Positions 34,701-46,509 of a DNA stretch of 64,000 nt are shown here, one piece after another (the first letter of the stretch is position 1; every line of letters begins with the position of its first letter). Origin of the DNA: Cyanophora paradoxa CCMP329 (Eukaryota > Plantae > Glaucophyta). The stretch spans positions 36,286 through 100,285 of the forward strand of contig QPMI01000154.1 in assembly GCA_004431415.1 (NCBI GenBank), in the 5' to 3' direction. The notes beneath the pieces were generated by a model. The model made no database searches and was not told where the DNA came from. It worked only from the letters and a program-made list of their open reading frames with translations. A program made the position numbers and the translations under genes.

Positions 34701-35405
34701 TGATCAGCGATATATCGATGAACCTGCAGTGCCTGCTAACGCAGCCTGCCGCAGTGCAGGCTGCGCATGCGTCCTGCAGCGAACGCACAGATTCTCGAAT
34801 GAACAATTCGATCTGCCTTCTGTAATCCTGATCACGTCTTGCGGATTCGCATTCTTCACCTGCGCATGCATATGCACAGTCCGACGATCTGGTTAACATG
34901 GGTTCCGCGCATGGCCTCAAGTCCGCGTTCTAGATCTAGCTCTATAGATCTGGCCGGTTCGCTAACACACACCTGGAGATTCTTCCTCGTCCTCGTCGTC
35001 GTCCTGAGTAATCAGCTCAGCGCCCTTCGCGTCCGGATCCAGGTCCGGCCTACTCGCGGCCGGCCGCATCCGCGGCGGAATTTCGGCCTTGTATGGATCT
35101 TCATTGCTTCCTGCAGCTGTCTCTTGCGACGCATATGCATCTGAACGCGGAATATACATGTATTTGCGATTAGCTATAGTAAGAATACGGATGCGCATAT
35201 ATATGTACATGCATCTCGGTCCACTGGGGCATGCGGATGCACCTAAGTCGACGCATGTTACAAGATGCCCACTCTGCAGCCGCGGTTCGCTCGGAAGGCC
35301 GGGCGCTTCGACGGTCACGGAGAGCTCCTCGGGCCCCACCGAATCTTGAGCGGCCGCCCGTGGGCGCAATCGCACGGGCCTAGTCCCCTCCGCAGCAGCT
35401 GGCAT
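28759..35405 (-). CDS. Large multi-exon, multipass membrane protein of unknown function in an AT-rich segment
   Basis: Chain of minus-strand exon-sized ORFs bounded by GT/AG; TM segments LYTVIALIITASTIAIMA-ILLAIYLL, VLQALAVLLILWLVLVAGCVLLFW, FVMHLFFVTIPVIGIGGTLF, LYSYLGTSIILTAIAYAMFSI, ILGSALFLAGLFVFIFLGVSV; exon structure only partly resolved and could be more than one gene. Confidence 0.6.
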
Positions 35406-35988
35406 ACTACGATACGCACTACGGTATACCGTGGGTGAGTTGAGGCGGCGAATCTCGATGGTGCCGCGCTGCAGCTGGCCCCGTCCCCCGCGCAGCGCTA
35501 GCGAGGCCTATGAAGCCGTGTACCGTACGTATAGTATACGAAGTATCGGCACTGTCAGGCCGCGGGCGGAACTTGCGGAACTATATGTTCTATGAACTTC
35601 TATCGCCGTCTACCGCACGTAGGTACGTTTCGCGCCACCGCTGCCACACTGCAGCCACAGTGCCACGTTACCGTAGTAACGGCGGCGCCGCGGCGGGCGC
35701 TGCGCATGCGGCCTGCAGCTGCAGCCTGCAATGGCCCTGCATGAGGCTGCATCATGCTGCATGATGCCTGCTGCATCATGCCAGCCTGCATGCGCAGGCT
35801 GCAGGCGCTGTCACGCCGCTTCCAGTGTCTTGCAATTGAGCTCACCGTGGCACGGGGTGCCACGGACCACGGACCACGGTGCCACCGTGGCACGGTGCCA
35901 CGCCGCCACGGGCGAGTCCGGGGCGACCGTCGGACTCTCCCGTGCGTGCCAAAACTCATCATGATCATCATCAGATCATGGCATGCGT

Positions 35989-36085
35989 GCCGCAGGCCCG
36001 CAGCCTGGGCCGCAGGGCCGCGCAGGCCCGCAGCCTGCCAGTGCAGCGCCGGCGCTGCGCCGCAGGCCCGCAGCCTGCCAGTGCT
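35989..36085. repeat. Three copies of CGCAGGCCCGCAGCCTG
   Basis: Copies start at 35991, 36021 and 36061; the last two extend with CCAGTGC. Confidence 0.85.
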
Positions 36086-36140
36086 GTGGTACTACAGAGT
36101 CACTAGTGACTTACTGGTAGAGTCACTACCGGGCCTAGTA

Positions 36141-36365
36141 CTGTAGGAATGCTTAAATTGCCGCGTAGTTAAATTGCCGAATTCGACCAAAAACGGAATT
36201 GCCGTGGCGATAAATTGCCGAAACTCTGGATTTCTTCTATGGCGCCATACAAAAGCGGCCGTTTAGCCCTACCCCCTGAGAATTGCCGCGGCTCTAAATT
36301 GCCGAATTCGGCCTCTCGGCAATATACGGCAATTTAAAACATCGGCTAAAAAAGCAATCCTACAG
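36141..36365. mobile_element. MITE (225 bp), Tc1/mariner/pogo-like
   Basis: TIR CTGTAGGAATGCTT ... AAGCAATCCTACAG (1 mismatch in 14); TA on the left flank, GA on the right; six AATTGCCG plus two inverted CGGCAAT internal repeats. Confidence 0.8.
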
Positions 36366-36397
36366 GACCGGCCAAGTAGTACCGGGTTGATTCAACT

Positions 36398-37106
36398 TGA
36401 TTGCACAAATATCTCAGCCAAGGCTGCATTCATTCAACAGTCAATCGCCAAAAGTAAACAAGTCTCAATAAATCAGTTTTTGAAATATTAAATATTTTAG
36501 TGGAGCCCCGGCCGCATTTTTCAAGTTTTGTTTTTGGTGAATTACCGGCCACAGCTGCTGTCTCTAGACACCGGTACCGGTACCGGTACCAGCACTGCGC
36601 GCGGGGCCGGGGCTGCCCATGGCCAGGGGGCATAGAGACAAAATGCAAAATAACTAAGACCCCGCATGCATATGCCATTATGCGCGCATGCATGTAATGT
36701 CAGTGATTATGTACACATGTCACAGTGTACGCGCGGCGCGGCGCGCGAACTGCCGCCGCAGTGCCGCGCAGCCGCGCCGTACTGCACTGCGGCAGCCGTC
36801 GGGCCGGCGTCGGCTACAGCCTACCGGTATAGCTATGCGCTGACTCTGAGTCACCGAGCGAGTGATGACTCGAGCTCATGAATCATGCATGTACATGTGC
36901 ACGTATACGTATACGTACGAACTTGGAATATTATAGCTATAATAATTATAATTAATGCTTGAATTGGTTCCGCAAAAAATAAAGATTGTGCAAAATATTT
37001 GAAGCAGAAGCACGTTTCCATCTTTTCGAATGAGACCTCTTTACTTGTGGCGATTGAATGTTGAATGAATGCAGCCGTTATAATTCCAGAGATATTTACG
37101 CAATCA
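36398..37106. mobile_element. Non-autonomous element with ~70-bp imperfect inverted arms
   Basis: 36398-36467 matches the reverse complement of 37031-37106 (shared TGATTGC..AAATATCTC..GGCTGCATTCATTCAACA.TCAATCGCCA.AAGTAAA...GTCTCA); AT-rich; no TSD identified. Confidence 0.7.
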
Positions 37107-37139
37107 GCCTGGGTCTTCGGCGCTCTTCGCCGACTCTTC

Positions 37140-37565
37140 GGCCCCCCCGGCGGCCCGGCCCGCGGCGGGCCCCGCGGCCGGGCCCCGGGCCCCGGCCCCG
37201 GGCCCCGCGGCCGGCCGCGAGCCCCGGCCCCCGGGCCCCGACCGGGCCCGACGTCGACTCTCCCCGGGGGCCCGGGGGCCGGCCGGCCGGTGCCGGGGGC
37301 CCGGCCCGCGGGGCCCCGGGGGCCGGGCGGCCCGGCCCGCCGGGCCGGCGGCCCACCGCCGGGCCGGGGCCCAAATGCATGGCCAGGCAGGGCCCAGGGG
37401 CCAGGGCCCAGGGCCAGGAGGCCCAGGGGCCAGGACTCAGGGCAGGACAGCCGCTGCGCCTCGGAGCGGCCCAGCAGAGCGGGCAAGGCCGCCCAGCAGA
37501 GCGTCCCGACCGGCGCCGGCCGCGGCCCCGCCGGCCCGCGGCAGGCGTCCGGCCGCGCCGGGGCC
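37140..37565. repeat. GC-only GGCCC/GGGCC/CCGG palindrome-rich low-complexity tract with CCAGGG repeats
   Basis: Directly visible; no credible coding frame. Confidence 0.75.
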
Positions 37566-37842
37566 AGACTCCCAGATCCACTGTAGACTACCCGAGGCCG
37601 CCGAGTCGGCGCCGACTACCGGTAGACGCTCATGATCATGATCAGCGCCGATTCAGCGGCTCAGCCGGGGCCATGCTATATGCATGCAGCCAAGGCAGTG
37701 ATGGCACTGATCACGTGACTGATGCGAGCTGTTTACATAATGTAGCTTGATTTTGAGCGCCGCAAAGGGCCGCCGGCCCGCCGCGCGCCGCGAAGGGCCC
37801 GACAGTGCGGACACCCGCGGCCGGTCCCCGGCCCCCCCGGGG

Positions 37843-40800
37843 TCACGGCCGCGGGGGCGCGCCCGGGGCGAGCTCGAGCTCGCCGGGGCAGCGGGCCCTG
37901 GGGCCGGCGAGGTGGAGGGGGAGGCAGCCCGGGGAGAAGGGCCAGGCGAGGCCCGTCGCGCGCGCCGCCGTCGTCAGCGTCGGGCAGCACGTCACCGCCA
38001 CCTGCCGGAGAAGAGGGTGAGAAGAGGGCGTCGAATCGATATTCACGCGCGCTGGGCGGTAGGCTAGCTTGCTGTAGGCTAGGCGGGGGCCGGGGTCGGG
38101 GGCGTCAGCGCCCTACGGATCCCCCTCGCTCTGGACCCCCCGCACTCCTGCCGCGCACCTGCAGCAGCCGCGCCGCCTCCTGCGCCGCGCCCCCGCGCCC
38201 CGCCCCGCGCGCGCCACGATCAGGCGCCCCGGAATCAAACTATGCGGGGGCGGGGCGGAGGGGCGGGCGGACGCGGTGGGCGGGGGCGGCGGCGAAGGCG
38301 GTGTCGGCGAAAGCCACGCGCACCACGTCGAAGGCCTCCAGCTGGGCGGGCGGGAGCGTTAAATTAAACCGGGAAGCTGCAGCGGCGGTGGCGGGCCCGG
38401 GCGGGGCGGAACGGCGACTGCAGCGCTGAAACTATAGGGCGGCAAATGGGGGCGGTTATAGGGGGGGCTGCTACAAGGCGTCTAACTGGAGCTCAATGGC
38501 CATGGGCGGAGGCGGGGCGGGGTTTGGGCGGGGTGTGGGTGGGGTGTGGGTGGGGTGTGGGTGGGGGGGGGGCGGGGTCGGGGGCGGGGGCGGCACCGCC
38601 GTGAGGGCGGCGAGGGCGTCGTCCTCCTCCTCGTCCCCCGCCACCACCAGCTGCGCGGCAGCCTCAAAAGGGGGCCGGGGGAGGCGGGGACGGGGGCCGG
38701 GGGGCGGGCCTCGGCGAGGGAGAGGGGCCGCGGGGCGCGGGCGAGGAAGCGGGCCTCCCGGACCCCGAACCCGTCCTCCATCATCGCCAGCTGCGCCCCG
38801 CCTCAGAAGAAGCGCCGCCGGGCGCGGGGGCGGGGGCGGGGGTGGAGGCTACAGGGCTGGATCTCTCTCTCCTTCTATCTCTCTCTCTCTACCGGCCGGT
38901 TCGGGACGGCCTGAGAACTTGGGGGTGGAGTGGAGTGGTGGGGTGGCCTGGAGGGGGGCGGGGAACCCCCACATCTCTGGCTCGCCCCTCCTCTCTCTCG
39001 TTCTCTCTTCTTCGGCCGCTAATGAGCTATCGATAATGGAGCTTGGGAAGAAGCCAGGCGCAGAGGGTTGGGGCCGGGGGGCCGCACGGGGAGGAAGTGG
39101 TAGGCGGGGCAGAGGAGGCGCCCCGGGGCCACGAAGAGGCGCCCGATCTCCGGCCCCAGGTGCCGGCACGCGAAGCTGGCCCAAAGTGAGCGAGGGGCGG
39201 GAAGGGAGGGAGGGGCGGGGCGGGAGGGGCGGGGGCGGGCTGACTCGGGGAGGATGAGGGCGCGGCCGGCGGCGCGGGCGAGCAGCAGCGCCGCCGCCAT
39301 CGCCAGCACCTGCCGCCCCGAGGAGGTGAGGGTCTAGATCTAGGCCCCAGAGGGAGCGGCGGCGGTCGCTGAGCGCGCGACGCGGTGCAGTGCGGGGGGC
39401 GGGTCTCATTCCCCCTAGCCATCCCCCCGGGCCGCCTAGGCGGAGCCATCGTGGAGCGGTCACTGGGGGCGCGTGGCCCGAGGCGGGTCTCCCAGGCGGA
39501 GCCATTCGCTTCGCCGCCCGCACTAGGAATGGAGGGCACTAGGCGGCCGCAGCGAGGCGAGCGGCGTCCCTTCTAGCCTCCAGCCCTCGGTCCCTCCTCC
39601 CTCCTGCTGTTTCGTGTAGCGCCCTCTAGCCCGGGGAGCGGTCGGGGAAGCGACCGCCCTAGACCGCCCAGCTAGGCGGCGGCGCCGCCTCTGGCCCGCA
39701 GCGCCCTCTAGCCCGGGGAGGGGCGGGGCGGACCTCGTCGTGGAGGGAGCGGGCGGGGAAGGCGCGGGGGTCCCCCAGCGCCACCTCCAGGAACCTCCCT
39801 ACACAAGAATAAGGAGGAGGAGGAGAAGGGGGATGGGGCCGGGGGGGCGGGCCCTGGAAGTGCTCGGGCCCGTCGAGGTACCAGAGGCCGGCGTCACGAA
39901 GCAGCACGCGCTTCTCCTGCCGCACCGCCCTGGGGGGGGGGGTACACCGCTGGGTGGAGGGACCGACTGGGAAGGGATGGGAGGGGGAGGGGCGGACCAG
40001 TTGGCGTGGACGAAGTAGGGGCGGACCCCCGCCCGCTGCGGCCGCTCCGCCCAGAAGTACTCCATCCCTGCCCGCGTGTCGGAGGGCGAGGGGGGGGGGG
40101 GGGGGGGGGGGGGCGTGGGGGCGGGACGGGCGGGGCGGGGGGCGAGGTTAGGTCCCGCTTGCACGCGGTGCTCTTACTTAGCCGCTTACTTAGACCGCAC
40201 AAGCCAGCCGTGGCCTCGAGCAAGGCCATTTGTCTATCTGTCGCACCGGCGGGGAAGAGGAGGGTGTCGAGGAGGCGGACGGTCAGGTTCCGGGAGGGCA
40301 CGCGCAGCTCCCGCCCGCCCCCGTCCCGCTCCGGCCCCTGCCGCGGGGGTTAGAAGGTAGAAGGTAGAAGGGGGGGGAGGGGAGGGGAGGGGAGGGGTAC
40401 CAGGTCGTTCAGGACGCGGTTGATCACGTGCTGGGGTCGGGTTCGAATTCGGAAGGAGGGCCGAAGGGGTACAGGGTTCAGCAGGCACCTGGGGAAACGA
40501 GTAGCGGTCCCGCTCGCACTCGCGGTAGATCTGGAGGGGGGGGGAAGGGGTAAGAAAAAGAAAAAGAGGGGGGGGGGGGAGCGGACCTCGAGGAGGAAGC
40601 GAAGAGTGTCGGGGTCCGAGCGAACGTAGAAGAAGCCCGCGTTCAATTCCTCGAACGGCTGCCCCGAAAGTGAGGGGGAGGGGGGTTGAGGAGGAAGGGA
40701 GGGCCCGCCTGGCCCGGGATGCGGGTGACGCCGAGGTACCCCTCCGTCTGGGCCTGAATCGACCGGTCCCGGGCCGCCAGCAGGGGGGTAGGGTCCCGAA

Positions 40801-41819
40801 GAAAAACCACATCCGGGTCCATCAGAACCTGGGGGGGTACGGCTCGGACGGGGCGGGGGTGGGGGGAGAATTCGGGGAGGGGTACTGCGCACGACGTCGC
40901 AGCCGGTGGCGGCGACGGCGAGGGCGTAGTGGACTGAGAGGCGCACTGCGGAAGGGACAGGGGTACGGGTACGGTGGGCGAGACGGAGGAGAAGCCGCGC
41001 GGGGGTACGCGGACGGTTCTCGAAGTAGTTCATGCGGCGGTCGGGGGGGAGCCCGGGGTGGTCCCTGCGCGCGCCGGACCGACTTAGGCTTCAGCTCACA
41101 GATGAGAATGCGAGAGCGAAACGAAGGGAGGCGGCGGGCGGACGGGTCCGGGGGCAGCGGGGCGGCGTCGACGAGGCAGGCGGCGGGGCTGTCCTCGGGC
41201 CACCGCCCGAACTCCTCGCACACGTCCGCCGACCCCCGGGTCATCAGCAGCGCCGGCGCCGTCACCCCGGCCCGCACCATCGACACCAGCGCGTTCCTCA
41301 GCTGCCGCGCGCGGGGAAGCTTCGGCCGAGGGGGCGGGGTGGGGCGGCCGCGGGGCGGGGCGGGGCGGTCCCCGCTCGCACCGTGTCCAGCCTGCAAGCG
41401 GGCGTGAGCGACGAAAAACCGGTGGGGGAAAGAAGGGGGGGGTACCAGAAGTTGCCGGCGAAGCTGTACTCGTGTACCCGGTTGACGACGTAGACGTAGA
41501 CGAGGGGGGGGGGGGGCGGCCCGCCCGGCGGGGGCCCCGCCGCCGCCGGCGGCGGCGGCGCACGCGCGAGCAGTTCGTCCACGGCCCTCTCCAGCGTCCA
41601 ATGGTCCCCGAGGTCGACCCGCAGGTCCGCCGGCAGCTCGAACGACGGGCCCCGCGCCACACGCGCGCCGGGCGCCCCGCCGCCCGCCTCCGCGCGGCAC
41701 GCGGCGAGGCAGCCGAGGAAGGCGATCCAGCTGCAGAGGAGCCAGCCGCCGCCGCTGCCGCCGCCGCCGCGGCGTTCTCCCGCGCGTCGCCCCCGGCCGC
41801 GGCCCGGGTCCGGTCGCAT
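37843..41819 (-). CDS. Nucleotide-diphospho-sugar transferase (GT77 / RRA-XEG113-like glycosyltransferase), multi-exon
   Basis: N-terminal hydrophobic anchor; VLMDPDVVFLRDP (DxD), ELNAGFFYVRS, QHVINRVL, LLDTLLFP, YFVHANW, EKRVLLRDAGLW, ARAAGRALILP. Confidence 0.85.
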
Positions 41820-42932
41820 GGGCGACGATCGCGAGAGCCGCCAAGCGCACGCGCACCGCTGCTGCATTCTCCGCCGAAGCGCTACCGACGGCAGGGGCGG
41901 GGCCTCCTCTGTGTCATGATCATTCCGGCGACGAATGCCGCCGGGCCCATGACCCACGGCCCTCCGCCGCACGCCACGCTCCTCCCAGTTTCCTTCGCAT
42001 AGGTGCTGCAGCTGCAGCTGCTTCGAATGCACACTCTGCACGCGCAGGCTGTGGGCCTGTGGCTCGCTCGCTGCAGCTGCGACGCTTGATGCTACGACGA
42101 AATGCGCCAAGCTGCGGATCCACCGGCTTGCGAACGTGTAGTCTACTGCAGAATGAAAGGGATGAACGCGATGACGCGCGACGGCGGACGAGCGGGGGTC
42201 TTAAGCGTCCGGCGAAATCTCGAACCCGCAGAACGGCGTCCGATCCGTGCCGCGACCGTGCGTGTCTTCGCGCCACCGTGGCACCAGCTGCAGGAGCACG
42301 TTCGCGGAGCAGGAGAAGGCAGCCGGCTGCTCAGGAGGCAGCTTGTGCCAGTGTTGGGGTTGCAGCCGGACGAGTACAGGGCTCTTCGTTCGCTGCTTCA
42401 TGTGCCGCGTCACGCTTCTTCATGCTCTTACTCAGCTGCTGCAGTGATCAACTGGCAAATTCATGATCATGATCACGGGACACAAAACGAGGGCTACACT
42501 GCCGAGGCTGTCTGTATGATCATCGGAAATCGATCGTCTCTACGTATACATGATGACTACATCTCTACAACTTGTGAAGCACGCGCGCGGCATAATTAAC
42601 ACCTACTCGGCTCAGTCTGTGAAAAGCGTTCAAGCGAATCAGCGAAGGCGCAGCGATCGACGACGTCGCCAGCAGACAACCTTACAAAAAGCATGGAAAA
42701 AGCAAGCTGCGGGCCTCGTTCCCAGGGCCTGTCTCAGCCAGTACAGAGTTACAGACGGAAAAAAAGAGGGTACAGACTCGCAGGAAAAAGCGTGTACGTA
42801 AAAAAAGCTCTTGGCCGGGCGGGCGGCGGGCGGCGGGCGGCGGGCGGCGGGCGCCCCGCGGCCACTCAGCGGCTCGCTCGCTCGCTCGCTCGCTCGCCCC
42901 GGCCTCGGGGCTCAGGGTCAGGCGGCCCAGGC

Positions 42933-45900
42933 TCAGGCGGCGTCGCCGCGGGCGCGGGCGAGGGCGGCGCGCTCCTCCGCGTCCCGCTTGAAATCCTGCG
43001 GGCGGGCGGGCCGGCCCGGTCAGGTCAGCAGGGCGGGGCCGGGCCGGAGAAAAAGGCAGGGGAAATCGGAGGGGGCGCACGGCGGGGTCGCGGGGCTTGG
43101 AGCCGCGGACCGTCGCGTCGAACTGCCCCGCCCGGGGCGCCGCGAAGCCCCACCTGCGGGGCGCGTCAGAGAGCCGGGCGCGGTGCGGTGTGGGCCGCGC
43201 TCACTTTCGCTCGAGGGCGGCGGCGCGGCGGGCGAGGGCCTCCTCGGGCGTCTCCCGGGGGGGCGCCTGCCCCGCCACCGACGCCCCGTCCAGCCCCACG
43301 TGCCGCCCCAGCCGCCCGAACCGCACCACAAAGTCCCCCCCCGCCCCAAGGCCCGGGCCCGGGCCCGGGCTACCGAAGCGCCGCGTGGCGGGCTGCGGCG
43401 GGCCCGGCGCCCGCAGGTCGGATCCGGGGCCACGTAGTCGACGGGGGGCGGGGGGAGGCCCCGCAGGACCGTCGACGTGAAGTCCAGCGAGGGGGGTACG
43501 AGCGCCGGATCCCGGAAGGGTCCGCGACCGGCCCGCGGAGTGGCGTACGCGGAGCGCGCCTCGGGGTGCGCCTCGGCCTCGGCCCGCGCCGCCGCCGCCC
43601 GCCGGTCCGCGGCCCCCTCGGGCCGGAACGCGAGGCGGAAGAGGGCGCCGAGTGGCCGCCCGGGCCGGCCCGCGGGTGGCCACGGGCGGGGCGACGGGCG
43701 CGAAGGCGGCGCGGGGCGGGGCGAGGCCGAGGGCCGCGGTGCGCGAGGAGGCGGCGGGCGGCTCCCCGCGCGGCGTCGCCGCCTGCAGCGCCGGCAGCAG
43801 CGCCGCGAGAGGCCGCCCCGCCGGCGGCGGCGGGCCCGACGGCGGCGCGGGGAGCGGCGCGTCCCGCCCTCGCCCTCGCCGCCCTGGGCGGCAGCAGCCC
43901 GGGCAGGCGGCGGCGGCGGCCCCGGATGGACTGCGCGCCGGGCGGCCCAACGCGTCAGGGCGAGAGAAAGAAAGCGGAGCGGGGCGCAGGGGCGGGCGGG
44001 CGGGCGGGCTAACTCACCGCGAGGCCGTAGAGGCGAGCCAGGTCACGCTCCGCAGAGGCGTCCTGCGCGGAAGGGGGGATTCGGGGGGGGAGAAGGGGAA
44101 GGGGGGGTACGGGCGCACGCGGGAGGAGCGGAGGGCGGCGTCGAAGAGGCGGCGCGAGGCGAAGCCGAAGGTCGGGCGCTCGCCCTCCGCGCCCGCCGCC
44201 GAGCCCGGCGCCGGCGGCCACGTCGCGAAGGCGGCGGCGGGGAGGGGCGCCCGCCCCCCTCCTCCGAAGCGCTCCAGGGCGAGGAATCCCAGGGCGGCCC
44301 CGCCCCCGCCGGCCTCGGTGCCCGGCGTGGAGAAGCCGTCGTCGTAGCGGGGCGGGGGCAGCAGGTCGGAGATGGGGTGGCCCAGCGACCGCATCGCCGA
44401 CATCGAGGGCGGCGGGGGGAAGACCGACGCTGCGGCCGACCGGCGCGTCAGCCATCTACCACCAGCCGGGCGTACAAGGGGCGGGGCGGGGCGGAGCGCA
44501 CAGGGGTCGTCGGGGGAGTCGAAGAAGCCGGAGCCGGCCCAGGCCCCCGGGCTCGGGGGGGACGAGAACCCCGCAGCCGACGCCGGCCGACCCGCGATCT
44601 GAGTGGGGCTGAGACTCAGACGAGGACGAGAAGCGAGAAGGGATGGGGCGTACAGTTGCGTTGATAGTCCGCTCGAGGTCCGCGGCCACGCGCTCGCCCC
44701 CGGCGCCCGTGAGTGCCGCCACGGACCCTGCGGCGCCGCCCGCCCGGGAGGCCGCCGCCGCCGAGGGGGCGACGGAGGGGGCGGGGCCGGAGGAGAAGTA
44801 GGAGCCGCCGCCGCCGCTGCGGTACGAGCCGGGGCCGTTGTTCCCGCTCCCGCTCCACTGCGAGGCTACCGTCCGGCCCGTCGCCTCGCCCGACAGCAGC
44901 GCCGTCACCCTGCGCGGCGGCGCGGCGCCGGGTCGGCCCGGCCCGGCTCGTGCGGCGCTGTGGCAGGGCTGCGCTAAGGGCAGCGCACCGGCTGCTGCGG
45001 CGGGTGCGGGCGGCGGGGCCCGACCCGTACGTGCGGGTTAGCGAGAGGTCCGGGCGGAAAGTGGTCCTGCGCCCCACCCGGCCCCGCGGCGTCGGCGTCG
45101 GCTGCGGCGTGGCGCGGGCGGGGCCGCGGTGCGGGGCGGGGCCGCGGGGCGGGGCGGGGCAGAGCGCACCCGGCCTCGAGGCGCTCGAACTGGGCCGAGA
45201 CGCGCTCGGGCGCGGTCGTGGGGGTCGGCCGCACGAGGACGGCCTCGCCGGGGAGGGCGCGCTCGGCCAGGGCGGCCCAGAGCGGCCCGTGCCGCGCGTG
45301 CGGCAGCCGCCCCGAGAGCGCCGTAGTGAACTCCTTCAACGTCTGCGCGCGTCCCGCCGGCCCGGCGCGGCGCCGGTCACGCTCCTTCAAGGGCGGCTGG
45401 AGCGGCGCCGGCGGCGGCGGGGCGCACGAGGATGCCGTCGTGGTCGAAGTCAGCCTCGGCGAACATCGCAGCGAGCGCGCTCTTCGGGAAGAGCTCCTGC
45501 AGCTGGCGCGCCTCCACCCACGCCTCCAGGTCCCCGAGCCGCACGAACTGCGCCGCGCGGTCACGGCCGGCCACGTCACGGTCGGGAGCGCGAACCTCAT
45601 CCCTGTCTTTGTCGATGAGGTGGAAGACGCGCCGTGCGGCCGTCGTGTCAATGCCCTGGTTCACGCGATCTCAGGAGATGCATGCGGGGCACGAGGGCAG
45701 GGACGGCACGCGCACCGGCCTCGTGCGCCTCGGCTGCTGTACAGAAAGCTCGCGCTGGCGCGAGAAGAGTTAGGCGAGGGTGCGAGCGAGTTAAGGGACT
45801 CTGCGCTGGCGAACCCGCGACGACCCCATAGCCCGCCACGCCGGAGGGCGATTTCGGCGCGGATCGCTTCAACGAGTGCGCCCCAACGCGACGGGTTCAA

Positions 45901-46042
45901 TTTGGCTGGCCGCTGGGCTGTCTCTCATAGCCACTGCGAAGTGGCCACTGTTTTTCTTGGCGAAGGCTCTACCCCCACAAGGCTCCGATTGAGGCCGGCT
46001 CGCATGCCCGACCTCCGGCGCGGCGGCGGCGCGGCGCCTCAT
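42933..46042 (-). CDS. EF-hand-containing protein with long low-complexity C-terminus, multi-exon; ends approximate
   Basis: RRVFHLIDKDRDE and AMFAEADFDHDGIL-TLKEF EF-hand loops; further coding-like exons to QDFKRDAEERAALARARGDAA*. Confidence 0.7.
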
Positions 46043-46509
46043 GATCAGGCTCCTCAGCCGCGCCTGTCATATGCATTAAGCCAGGAAAACACGATCCAGC
46101 TGCAAGGTCTCGCTGGTAGGCTTTATGCCGAGGTCATTGTATATACGTAACTGCCGGTGTCAGACATCTAGATCTGACGTCCGACGTCGACGGTCGATGT
46201 TGACGCGCCGGCCGCCGGGCGCCGCCGGCCGCGCGCGCGCGCCAGCGCCGGCATATATCGTCGGCCGCGGACGCCGCCGCCGCCAGCGCGGGCATATATC
46301 GTCGACATCGTACGCGCGGCGCCGCGGCCGGCATACACAAAAAAGCATTAGAAGTGCGCGTGCGCGTGCCACGTCCGATTCGAGTGCCGTATGCGTGGGA
46401 CGTATAAAGTGATCATGATTTCGCAATGCGTTTTGATGCGGGGAGACGGGAGACGCGGGGAGGATCCCGGAGTCCGGACGATCCGGCGACTCGGGGGTGC
46501 GCACGCGGG

